DNA of 64,000 nt, taken from NCBI GenBank assembly GCA_041678665.1, contig JBAYNU010000001.1, positions 80,996 through 144,995 on the forward strand, written 5' to 3'. The notes under the pieces were generated by a model that was not told the origin of the DNA, made no database searches, and saw only the letters and a list, made by a program, of their open reading frames with translations. This document shows, piece by piece, positions 46,379 through 55,557 of the stretch. Every line of letters starts with the position of its first letter. Positions within the stretch are counted from its first letter, which is position 1. The stretch comes from Candidatus Magasanikiibacteriota bacterium. GTDB taxonomy: Bacteria > Patescibacteriota > Patescibacteriia > Magasanikbacterales > GWA2-37-8. The translations under genes were made by a program, and so were the position numbers.

Positions 46379-47464
46379 CTATAACTCTTTACCAAGCGCT
46401 TTAATTTGCGCTTCTTTTTGACGTTTAATCCTAGTGGGAGAGTGATTGATTTTGTAAGCATCTTCATGTTTGCCCCATAGTTTTTCTACCCAATCTTGGT
46501 GTGTTAAATACCAATTAATTGTCTCCGACATCCCCACTTCAAACTGCGCGCGGTCGTACTCCGGTTTCCAACCCAATGACGTAATTTTTTGAGCGTCAAT
46601 AGCATAACGCAAGTCATTGCCAGGACGATCTTCCACAAATTCAATCATATCGGCGGGCTTATTCATAAGCGACAATATCATCTGGGCGATTTCCATATTA
46701 TTGCGTTCGTTATCCACGCCCACATTATAGACTTCGCCCGCCACACCATTACGCAACATCAAATCCAAAGCACTACAATGATCGCGCACATAAATCCAAT
46801 CGCGCACATTTTTGCCATTGCCGTGCAAAAGAATCGACTTGTCTTTGAGCAAACGAAAGATTGAAGATGGAATCAATTTTTCCGGATATTGAAACGGCCC
46901 GTAGTTGTTGGAACAATGTGTCACCACTACCGGAATTTTGTGAGTGACAAAATACGCATGACATAACATATCACCGCCCGCTTTGGCGGCGGCATAGGGC
47001 ATATTGGGGCAAATGGGCGTGCTTTCGGTAAATCGACCGGGATCGTCAAACGCCAATGATCCATATACTTCGTCGGTGGAAACATTCACAAATTTTTCTA
47101 TGCCAAAATTTCGACAAATATTGAGAAGCATCAAAACCCCAAAAGTATTGGTCATGACAAATTCGGAGCAATCGCCAAAAATCGAACGGTCCACATGAGT
47201 CTCGGCCGCGAAATTGATAATATGGTCAATTTTATATTTGGCCACCACTTCGGATAGAAGCTGATAATCGCAAATATCACCTTTGATAAAAGTATAACGG
47301 GTGGAATACTGTAAATTTTCTTTGATATCGCGCAAATTATCTTCATTACCGGCGTAGGTCAACTTATCAAAATTCACCACCTCGTCATAAGAGTTGGTCT
47401 TTAATACATAATGAATGTAATTGGAACCGATAAATCCGGCGCCGCCGCAAACTAATATTTTCAT
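46379..47464 (-). CDS. rfbB: dTDP-glucose 4,6-dehydratase
   Basis: GGAGFIGS, DKLTYAGN, AAETHVDRSI, STDEVYG, YAAAK and NNYGPFQYPEKLIP motifs. Confidence 0.95.
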   Translation of the reverse strand: MKILVCGGAGFIGSNYIHYVLKTNSYDEVVNFDKLTYAGNEDNLRDIKENLQYSTRYTFIKGDICDYQLLSEVVAKYKIDHIINFAAETHVDRSIFGDCSEFVMTNTFGVLMLLNICRNFGIEKFVNVSTDEVYGSLAFDDPGRFTESTPICPNMPYAAAKAGGDMLCHAYFVTHKIPVVVTHCSNNYGPFQYPEKLIPSSIFRLLKDKSILLHGNGKNVRDWIYVRDHCSALDLMLRNGVAGEVYNVGVDNERNNMEIAQMILSLMNKPADMIEFVEDRPGNDLRYAIDAQKITSLGWKPEYDRAQFEVGMSETINWYLTHQDWVEKLWGKHEDAYKINHSPTRIKRQKEAQIKALGKEL

Positions 47465-47477
47465 AAACAGATAATTT

Positions 47478-48563
47478 TTACCACCACAGAAGCATTCTAA
47501 CTAAAAAATAATAAACTGTAAATATTACATTGGCAACTAACACTATTAAGCGAGACGCGACCAATCCCCCGCTGGATATTATCATGGCGGTATGACACAT
47601 AAACTCACGATCGCTAACTTGCCGCACAGCTTGAATATTATGACGGTGAGCCAACCAGATCTTCCAATTGGCACGCGTAAACCAGTATGTCCAAGCCGCA
47701 AGGTATTCTTTTAGCCACCCATTCCGCCAAGATAAAAACAACAAGCCCAAATCGTATACCAACTCCAACGGTAAAAGCAAAATCAATGTCGGCCATTTGT
47801 AAAAAACAATATTCAAAGCGTAGCGATTTCTTTCCAACCAATAATACTTGGTAACGCTTTTTAAAAATTCATATTCATGATAAAAAATCGCCTCGCTACT
47901 TAAAATAATTTTATATCCAAACATTCGTAGGCGCAACGAATATTCGGTGTCCTCATGATACATGAAAAAATCTTCATTCCAATAACCATGTTTTTTCAAA
48001 AGATCACAGCGCATGAGCGCGGCCGCCCCCGAAGCGTAGCCAATTTCTTCGGTCGGTAAAAATTCATGCTGAGCCAATGGCTCTCTAAAAAATCTACAAA
48101 ATCCCACTCCCAAATAATGCCAACTATTACCAGCACTATTAATCAAATTTGTTTCTGGATACAAAAGCGTTAACGCCTGCACTTCGCCAATTTTGTCATC
48201 ATTTTGCATCACGCTCGCCAGCTTCTCTATAGCCTGCGGATGCAAATAACCGTCGGCATTATGTAAAAAAGCGTAATCAAATTCATGCTCCACCGCCCAA
48301 CGCATGCCCGCGTTGTTAGCGCCAGAAAAACCCAAATTTTTTTCTTGCTCCAACACGGTAGCGGGTGGCAAATTTCCCGTGGCAACCAAACGCTCGCGGA
48401 TAAACGGCACCGCCGAAGGTATGCCTTCTTTGGGATTATAAACCACGAGCAAATGTAAATTATCCCTACTGTAAGTTTGCGCGATGATACCAACCAAAGC
48501 ACGGTCCAAATAACGCTGAGGCTCGTCACCCCAAAGCAAATAAATTATGGCGATTTTTTTCAT
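47478..48563 (-). CDS. GT2 glycosyltransferase
   Basis: NLGFSGANNAG, SGAAAL and FFMYHED motifs. Confidence 0.9.
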   Translation of the reverse strand: MKKIAIIYLLWGDEPQRYLDRALVGIIAQTYSRDNLHLLVVYNPKEGIPSAVPFIRERLVATGNLPPATVLEQEKNLGFSGANNAGMRWAVEHEFDYAFLHNADGYLHPQAIEKLASVMQNDDKIGEVQALTLLYPETNLINSAGNSWHYLGVGFCRFFREPLAQHEFLPTEEIGYASGAAALMRCDLLKKHGYWNEDFFMYHEDTEYSLRLRMFGYKIILSSEAIFYHEYEFLKSVTKYYWLERNRYALNIVFYKWPTLILLLPLELVYDLGLLFLSWRNGWLKEYLAAWTYWFTRANWKIWLAHRHNIQAVRQVSDREFMCHTAMIISSGGLVASRLIVLVANVIFTVYYFLVRMLLWW

Positions 48564-48564
48564 G

Positions 48565-49386
48565 CTAACGATAATATTTATGATTACCTCTCCATTTCCA
48601 GAAATATTTCAGCCAGCTAATTAAATGGTGACGTGCATAACGATTCTTGATAAGGGCGCTTATCACCCCATGAACCCTAGCCGAAGCCCGCCCGTGCGTA
48701 TGTTTTAAGTAAACATCGCTTACATAATATACCGCCCAACCTTTTTCCCACATCCGTCGACACCAATCGCTATCTTCGGCATACATAAAAAACCAATCAT
48801 CAAAACCGCCTACTTCATCTACTGCTTGGCCGCGCGCCATCATCGCCGAACCCATCACCCAATCCACTGGCATAGTTTCTTTATGATCAAAATCTTTCAT
48901 TAAAAATCGATCGCTCATTTCTTTGCCGCGCCCACGACGACCCCACTGAGTGCGCGAAAATATTGGCTGCCAAAAAGAGGGAAAACGATAGCAAGAATAC
49001 TGCAAATTACCGTCAGGGTAAATAATTTTAGGGCCGACCATCCCAATCTTGGGGTGAGCCTCCATAAAATCATATAATTTCCGCAAAAAATTTTGACCAA
49101 TCGGAAATTCAGTATCGGGATTTAGCACAAAATAATATTTCGCCTTCACTTCGGTGAAAGTTCGATTATGAGATCGGCCAAATCCAAAATTTTCTTCTTG
49201 TTTAATTATTTTTAAATTAGAAAAAGCCCTAGCCAACGATTCCACTTCATCGTTAGACGCATTATCCACAATCACAAAACCCAAATTCAAACCGTTATTT
49301 TGAGAATCGGCCAGCAAAGTTCGAATCGCATTTTCAATTTCTTTCTTTTCTCCGGTATTAACCAAAGAAACACAAACATCCAACAT
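48565..49386 (-). CDS. GT2 glycosyltransferase (rhamnosyltransferase-like)
   Basis: VDNAS, LNPD, VDWVMGS and FFMYAEDSDWC motifs. Confidence 0.9.
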   Translation of the reverse strand: MLDVCVSLVNTGEKKEIENAIRTLLADSQNNGLNLGFVIVDNASNDEVESLARAFSNLKIIKQEENFGFGRSHNRTFTEVKAKYYFVLNPDTEFPIGQNFLRKLYDFMEAHPKIGMVGPKIIYPDGNLQYSCYRFPSFWQPIFSRTQWGRRGRGKEMSDRFLMKDFDHKETMPVDWVMGSAMMARGQAVDEVGGFDDWFFMYAEDSDWCRRMWEKGWAVYYVSDVYLKHTHGRASARVHGVISALIKNRYARHHLISWLKYFWKWRGNHKYYR

Positions 49387-49390
49387 ATCT

Positions 49391-50485
49391 TTACTTTAAA
49401 AACCAACGCCTAATCCCCTTCCAATACATTCGCCGCGAAGCCAAAATACTCCGGCGCGCGCTTCTTAAATCAGACCAATGCGTGATAATCTCTAGCCAAC
49501 CCCACAATACAACGCGAGGGTTAGTTAAAAGCAAATAACCACACTTTTTTAGCTCGTACCAAAATATCAACGGCCAATCCCAAAAAATATTTTGCCAATA
49601 CTCATTTTTAAAAAGCGTGCGCAAATGATTTTTATAAGAATGATAACGCACAAAATCGGATTGTTTAACTTTGTTTTTTAAAGCCGCCCAATCGCCCATT
49701 TCTTTGGGTCCGGCGCCGGTGCGATTATGATAAGCCACGGCGTCCAAAATCACATATGACATATAACCGGCATTACGCAAGCGATATGCCAAATCCAAAT
49801 CTTCTTTATAAGAATGGTAGGTCGGATCAAACAAATTATCACCCGACAATAAAATTTTATCGGTAATGGTCTTGCGATACATGGGTAAAGCGCCGGATAC
49901 ACCAAACACTTCACAGACGCGCTTATCGTATAATTCGCGCACATTGGAATTGACGCTGTCTTTGGTCCATTCTTCGCGCGTCAACCATTCCACTGCGCGG
50001 CGATTACGAAATAATCGAATTCCAATAGCGTCAATTTGGGAAGTAAATCCAATTTGAGTCACTTTGGCCATCTCCGAACCGGCTTGAATAGCGGTCGCGA
50101 CTTTTCCAAAATCCCAGCGCATCAAACGCGGAGCTACGGCGGCAGTATCAATATGTTTGTCCAAAAAATTTATCATTTTTTCCAAAACATCCGGCATTAA
50201 ATACATGTCCGCGTTTTGTAATAAAAATAAAGGAGTCTTCGTCTGTAAATATGCCTGATTATGCCCCAAAGAAAAACCGACATTTTCTTTATTTTGAATA
50301 ATACGATACTCAAAACCACTGCCGGCCAGTTCACGCTTGATAATCTCTACCGAATTGTCAACCGAAGCATTATCCACCACGATCATTTCCCAATCCTTAA
50401 AAGTTTGATTCTTAAGCGACGACAACAAAAATGGCAGATACTGACTGCTGTTATTTATAACTAAATTAATTGATAATTTTGCCAT
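49391..50485 (-). CDS. GT2 glycosyltransferase
   Basis: VDNASVD, NVGFSLGHN and YKEDLDLAYRL motifs. Confidence 0.9.
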   Translation of the reverse strand: MAKLSINLVINNSSQYLPFLLSSLKNQTFKDWEMIVVDNASVDNSVEIIKRELAGSGFEYRIIQNKENVGFSLGHNQAYLQTKTPLFLLQNADMYLMPDVLEKMINFLDKHIDTAAVAPRLMRWDFGKVATAIQAGSEMAKVTQIGFTSQIDAIGIRLFRNRRAVEWLTREEWTKDSVNSNVRELYDKRVCEVFGVSGALPMYRKTITDKILLSGDNLFDPTYHSYKEDLDLAYRLRNAGYMSYVILDAVAYHNRTGAGPKEMGDWAALKNKVKQSDFVRYHSYKNHLRTLFKNEYWQNIFWDWPLIFWYELKKCGYLLLTNPRVVLWGWLEIITHWSDLRSARRSILASRRMYWKGIRRWFLK

Positions 50486-50486
50486 A

Positions 50487-51338
50487 TTATTTGAAAAAAA
50501 ACTCGCTAATATCGGTCAAAAGCACGCCTACCGGCCGAAACAAACTAATCCACATCCACTTATACCATGGCTCCCATTTCTTAAAATACTTTACCATACT
50601 AGCAGTAAACCAGCGCTGTTTCAAGCCCGAGGGGAGACGCTTAAAATTTTGTCCAACATAATCTACGCAACTCGCTGTCGGAGTATACCAAACTTCGTAA
50701 CCATGCCGATACGCCTCACGGCACAGATCCACATCTTCAAACCAAATAAAATACCTAGGGTCAAATCCAAAACCCAATTTTTGTATAAGTTCCTGGCGCA
50801 CCAACATAAATGACCCTCTTACCGAGTCCACTTTTTGCTCGCACTGAGGATCGAAATCCACAAATAAATAACGCTTAATCAATCCTGGAAAAAAATGCGG
50901 TAATTTTAATAAAATAATAATTTGATCAATAATTCCCGGCCAATGCCGCGGACTAGCAGATGCCTTAAAATTATTCTGCTCATCAGTTAGCTTACAACTT
51001 AAAATACCTACCTGTGACCGAACACGTAACCAATCAATTAAAATTTTTAACGAATCCGGACGTAAACGCATGTCTGGATTCAAAAACAAAACAAAATCCC
51101 CCTGCGCCAACTGAACGGCGCTATTATTGGCCGCGGCAAAACCAATATTTTTACCATTTTCCACCATTTTTACTGCTGGAAAAAGCATCTTAATCTCCGC
51201 TACTGACCCGTCAACAGAACCATTATCGGAAATTATTTGTTCGTAATTTAAACCAGTACAGCCATTTTCCATGGTAGCTAATTGACCCAAAATTTGTTCA
51301 CGATCATTGGTGTTAACTGTAATGACACTCAAATCCAT
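50487..51338 (-). CDS. GT2 glycosyltransferase (rhamnosyltransferase-like)
   Basis: DNGSVDGS, GFAAANN, LNPD and FEDVDLC motifs. Confidence 0.9.
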   Translation of the reverse strand: MDLSVITVNTNDREQILGQLATMENGCTGLNYEQIISDNGSVDGSVAEIKMLFPAVKMVENGKNIGFAAANNSAVQLAQGDFVLFLNPDMRLRPDSLKILIDWLRVRSQVGILSCKLTDEQNNFKASASPRHWPGIIDQIIILLKLPHFFPGLIKRYLFVDFDPQCEQKVDSVRGSFMLVRQELIQKLGFGFDPRYFIWFEDVDLCREAYRHGYEVWYTPTASCVDYVGQNFKRLPSGLKQRWFTASMVKYFKKWEPWYKWMWISLFRPVGVLLTDISEFFFK

Positions 51339-51342
51339 AATT

Positions 51343-52416
51343 TTATCCTTTTAGCTGCTCTTTAAAATAATCCACGTATGGAATAGTGGTAGGGTCAATT
51401 CCTTCAAGCATAGCCGAATAAAAACTCAAATAACTGGAAAGCGTTAATAATTCACAGACTTGTGACAATTTACTTTGGCTCTCGCACTGATAAGAAAAAA
51501 ATTTAATATCATTTTTCTTTAAAATTTCTTTGGTCACGACAAAACGTTTCTGAACACGCGTGTCATACAATTTGGATTCCAAAAACACAAAGGCTAAATC
51601 ATTCTTATTACTCTTAGGATACATCATGCCTTCCAAAAGATGGTGATTGAGTTCGGGAATGGCAAAATATCCGGCGAATCGTTTGGCAGTCTCATTCATC
51701 TGATTGGCAGCTACGTGGGCGCTGTGTAATAAATGTTCCGAAGACACAAACCAAACAGTTTTGTCATATAAATCATTAGCTAATTTCTTGGCAAAATTAG
51801 CCTCTCCAATCACCGTGGTGCCAAATTCAAAACTAAATTTTTTAATAACTTCGACCGCTCTGCCCAGCTCCGGCTCGCTAATTTTGATCAAACCGGCTTT
51901 GGATAATAAAATCAAACTGCCAAAAACAGAATAGCCCAATCCCATCCGCGGCGAACGACAGGGATTGTTGTTGGTGGTATAAATAAAAGCCGGAAAGCTA
52001 TTTTTCAACGCCCAATCAGTCAAGGCGCCACCGCTGGAAATAGTGACAATCTTTGCTTGCCGCTTTTTGGCTTCCTCTACAGCGCTTAACACTTCTTCGG
52101 TGTTGCCAGAATAACTGGAGGCAATTACCAGCGTATTTTTAGTAACTAAATCGCCTACATGATAATTATTAACTATTTCCAAAGGCACCGGTAATTCACG
52201 GTCAAACGCGGACTTAACCAACAACATGCCCAGGGTTGAACCACCCATACCCAACAAAACTACATTGCTAATTTTTTTATACCCCGCCGGCAATTTAAAT
52301 TTCTCTCCCAGCCCCCACACTTCTTTTACCTGCTCACCCAAAAGTTGAATGCTTCCCAGCATGTTTTTGCTGTCTAATTTTTTGATTTGTTGGATGTCGT
52401 CTAAAATACTTGGCAT
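51343..52416 (-). CDS. Bifunctional phosphoglucose/phosphomannose isomerase (SIS domain)
   Basis: GMGGS, SYSGNTEE, NETAK and PELNHH motifs. Confidence 0.88.
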   Translation of the reverse strand: MPSILDDIQQIKKLDSKNMLGSIQLLGEQVKEVWGLGEKFKLPAGYKKISNVVLLGMGGSTLGMLLVKSAFDRELPVPLEIVNNYHVGDLVTKNTLVIASSYSGNTEEVLSAVEEAKKRQAKIVTISSGGALTDWALKNSFPAFIYTTNNNPCRSPRMGLGYSVFGSLILLSKAGLIKISEPELGRAVEVIKKFSFEFGTTVIGEANFAKKLANDLYDKTVWFVSSEHLLHSAHVAANQMNETAKRFAGYFAIPELNHHLLEGMMYPKSNKNDLAFVFLESKLYDTRVQKRFVVTKEILKKNDIKFFSYQCESQSKLSQVCELLTLSSYLSFYSAMLEGIDPTTIPYVDYFKEQLKG

Positions 52417-52426
52417 AATTTTAATA

Positions 52427-52495
52427 TGTCATTCCCGCGAAAGCGGGAATCTAAAGATTATCTTAAAGGGATTCTCCGCTTCACTCAGAATGACA
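52427..52495. repeat. Hybrid TGTCA...TGACA dimer (type B arm plus type A arm) overlapping a gene 3' end
   Basis: tgtcattcccgcgaaagcgggaatc...gattctccgcttcactcagaatgaca. Confidence 0.88.
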
Positions 52496-53320
52496 ACGCG
52501 TCGCATAATTTTTCATTGCCTCTTCCACTGCCTCCTCAACCGGACGCATCGCTATTCCCAACTTTGGCAGATTAACCGAAGTCATTACATTATTTGATCG
52601 CTTTTTGGCGGCGATGCCTAATTTCACCAAATCCTCTTCTTTTATCCATTCACACTGATGCTGGGAGTCAATATATTTTTCATAAAGCGCGATAATTTGT
52701 TTATGCGTGATTGATCCAGGATTGGTGCAATGAAAAATACCTTCGGCTTTTTTTTCTAATAACGCGCGGAATATCTTAATCATATCCGGCACGACGGTAA
52801 CGCTATTTTCTACGTCTACCACCCGAGAAAATTTGGATAACTTATCTATCAGGTTGCCGGGGAATAATCGATCATCAATCGGCAATCGAATGCGCGCGAC
52901 GGCGACATTGGACAACGTGGACAAAACTAAATCAGCCGCATATTTGGAACGCGTATAAACCGCCGTCGGATTGGCAAAATCATTTTCATCCCACGGACCG
53001 CCATGAGGCGAAGCACCATAAAAAATACAACCTGTACCCATGTGCAATAGGTACACTCCCCGTTTTTGACAAGCGCACGCGATGGTAATCGGCAGTACGG
53101 TGTTACCCTCAATAGTTTCCACCTGATGTGTTTCGCACCAATCGACATTGGGTTTGCCCACCACTCCGGCGGCATTCAACACCACATCGGGTCGATATTC
53201 ATCCAAAAGGGCCAAAACATCCGCCTCAGTTTGAATCTTTTTATCCGCGATAACCGAATCCGGCCACTCCTCATGACATCTTCCGCCCAGCCAACCTTTG
53301 CCGATAATTAAAATTTTCAT
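52481..53320 (-). CDS. NDP-4-keto-6-deoxyglucose 3,5-epimerase/4-reductase-like SDR (RmlD/NRS-ER family)
   Basis: GKGWLG, GKPNVDWCE, TGCIF and YTRSK (YxxxK) motifs. Confidence 0.8.
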   Translation of the reverse strand: MKILIIGKGWLGGRCHEEWPDSVIADKKIQTEADVLALLDEYRPDVVLNAAGVVGKPNVDWCETHQVETIEGNTVLPITIACACQKRGVYLLHMGTGCIFYGASPHGGPWDENDFANPTAVYTRSKYAADLVLSTLSNVAVARIRLPIDDRLFPGNLIDKLSKFSRVVDVENSVTVVPDMIKIFRALLEKKAEGIFHCTNPGSITHKQIIALYEKYIDSQHQCEWIKEEDLVKLGIAAKKRSNNVMTSVNLPKLGIAMRPVEEAVEEAMKNYATRCHSE

Positions 53321-53373
53321 ATTTTTATAAATTAATAATTTTGAATATTACCAACGTGTTCGCGATGTTAGTA

Positions 53374-54738
53374 TTAAATCTTGACGCTCAAATTTTTATC
53401 TACCACCGTAGTCTTGATACCTAATTCAGCAATCAACCTCTTTTGCAAAGATTCAGACGCGGCCGGTTCGCCGTGATTGAGATAAACTTTTTTTGGCAAA
53501 GATTTTCCGCCGCCAATCCAATCCATCAATTTTTCTTGATCGCCATGGGCTGAAAATGCGCCTACTGCTCGCACGTGACACTTAACTTGCACTCTCTCCT
53601 TCATGACTTCTACCGGCGATTGTTTGTCTAAAATTTTTCGACCTAAAGTGCCATGGGCCTGGTAGCCAATAATAAGTAAAGTACTACTAACGTCGGATAA
53701 ATATCGAATAGCGTGATGCAAAATTCGCCCACCATTCATCATGCCGGCGCCAGCAATAATTATTTTTGGTCCCACCACTTGATTAATTCTTTTGGATTCT
53801 TCTGAGCCCAAAGTAGTTGTTAAACCGGGAAAATGAAACAAGTCGTCACCGGATTTTAATAATTTTTCAGCCTCTTCATCGTAATAACGAGTATACTTAC
53901 GATAAACGGCGGTAGCGTGGATAGCTAGAGGACTATCCAGAAAAATAGGCACCCGTGGCAATCTTTTTTGACGATCAATTAACTCGTTGAGGTCATACAA
54001 TAATTCTTGGGTTCGTTCAAGCGAAAACGATGGAATCATCAAAGTACCACCGCGCTTCATGGCATCAATAATTTCATTCTCCAAAATTTGTCGACGTTCC
54101 AAATCGCTTTCGTGTAATCTGTCTCCGTAAGTGCTTTCACATACCAAGGCATCAACATCAGAAGGCAAATAATCCGTATCGCGTAAAATTGGAACATCCA
54201 CATTGCCGATATCGCCAGAAAAAATAACCCTCTTCCCGACGGCATTAATTTCCACAAACGCCGACCCAAAAATATGTCCAGCGTCGTAAAATTTGATTTT
54301 AACTTTTGACCCACCACTTGATAATTCAAATTCCTCATGATATTCTATTGGTTTAAATGCCTGTATTACCCCGGCGATGTCGGCGGTATCATACAGAATC
54401 GGCGAACCGAATTTTCGATGATTATATTCCATGATTGAGAGCGCATCTTCCAAAATCAATTGGGTAAGTTCGATGGTAGCCGGCGTAGCATAAAAATAAC
54501 CGGCAAATCCACCTTTTACCAATAAAGGCAACCGACCGGTGTGATCAAGGTGAGCGTGAGTAACAATCACCGCTGATAAGGCTTGAGTGTCAAAAGGCAA
54601 AGGATCACTATTCTTGCCTTCGTTAAAATCACTGCCCTGAAACATTCCACAGTCGATCAAAATTTTGAATTCATTGGTTTCAAGCAAACTACACGACCCG
54701 GTAACTTCCCGCGCCGCGCCGAAAAAGGTTATATTCAT
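53374..54738 (-). CDS. Metallo-beta-lactamase/beta-CASP ribonuclease
   Basis: GAAREVTGS, THAHLDH, AGHIFG, ESTYGDR, FSAHGD and HGE motifs. Confidence 0.93.
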   Translation of the reverse strand: MNITFFGAAREVTGSCSLLETNEFKILIDCGMFQGSDFNEGKNSDPLPFDTQALSAVIVTHAHLDHTGRLPLLVKGGFAGYFYATPATIELTQLILEDALSIMEYNHRKFGSPILYDTADIAGVIQAFKPIEYHEEFELSSGGSKVKIKFYDAGHIFGSAFVEINAVGKRVIFSGDIGNVDVPILRDTDYLPSDVDALVCESTYGDRLHESDLERRQILENEIIDAMKRGGTLMIPSFSLERTQELLYDLNELIDRQKRLPRVPIFLDSPLAIHATAVYRKYTRYYDEEAEKLLKSGDDLFHFPGLTTTLGSEESKRINQVVGPKIIIAGAGMMNGGRILHHAIRYLSDVSSTLLIIGYQAHGTLGRKILDKQSPVEVMKERVQVKCHVRAVGAFSAHGDQEKLMDWIGGGKSLPKKVYLNHGEPAASESLQKRLIAELGIKTTVVDKNLSVKI

Positions 54739-54805
54739 ATAAAGTCATTATATCATAATTTATACTCTATACAAATCACCCTAAATCTGATATTATACAG
54801 ACACT

Positions 54806-54866
54806 AATTAATAATTAACAAATCGACCAATTGACTTGTTAATTGCTAATTGTTAATTGCTAATTT
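54806..54866. repeat. Heptamer array (YTAATTG units)
   Basis: ttaattg ctaattg ttaattg ctaattt, preceded by a degenerate inverted set. Confidence 0.6.
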
Positions 54867-54870
54867 TGTT

Positions 54871-55557
54871 ATGCGCAAAACCATTGAAAATATCGAAATT
54901 GTTGAACCCCCAATTCAAGAACTTACCAAAAAACGCAATGGTTTTTTCCGCGCCTGCCTACTTAGTTTCTTTCTGATGATTTTAATTATCATCGGTATTA
55001 TTGCCGGCTTAAGAATCTCAATGGGTCCCGGCCCCAAAAATATTCGCTCGTTACCCGTCAATTTTCCGGTTGACATTCCAATATACGATAAAGACAATAT
55101 TGAAGGTATCACATTTATTTCCGGTAAATACAAAAGTCGTGGAATGGAAATCGCCGCTTTTTTTCCTAAATTAATTCTTACTCCCCTACTGATAAAATTG
55201 GATCCGGAACAAAACCAATCCACTTCTACCAACAAAAAATCATTTAGGGATTTTTGGAAAATACTCACCATGCCAGTCGGCGATAGCCGTGATACTGTCC
55301 AAATTGAATGGCGCGACGTTGATACTTCTCCCGGCTTCCTGATTTCTTATTATAAAAATGAACTAAAGAAAAAAGACTTTATTATTGATTCGGAAAGCGA
55401 CGCTAAAAATTATAAACAAATTACTTTTTCTCGCCCCGATGAACTATCCGGCACCTTATATGTCGGCTGGCTACTGGATAATAAATACCGCGTTTCTTAT
55501 ATGGCGCTTACCTTAAATGTTAAAACCGACTATACCGCCACCACAACCAAATTATGA
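54871..55557 (+). CDS. Hypothetical membrane-anchored protein
   Basis: One TM near the N-terminus; overlaps the murJ start (ATGA). Confidence 0.75.
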   Translation: MRKTIENIEIVEPPIQELTKKRNGFFRACLLSFFLMILIIIGIIAGLRISMGPGPKNIRSLPVNFPVDIPIYDKDNIEGITFISGKYKSRGMEIAAFFPKLILTPLLIKLDPEQNQSTSTNKKSFRDFWKILTMPVGDSRDTVQIEWRDVDTSPGFLISYYKNELKKKDFIIDSESDAKNYKQITFSRPDELSGTLYVGWLLDNKYRVSYMALTLNVKTDYTATTTKL

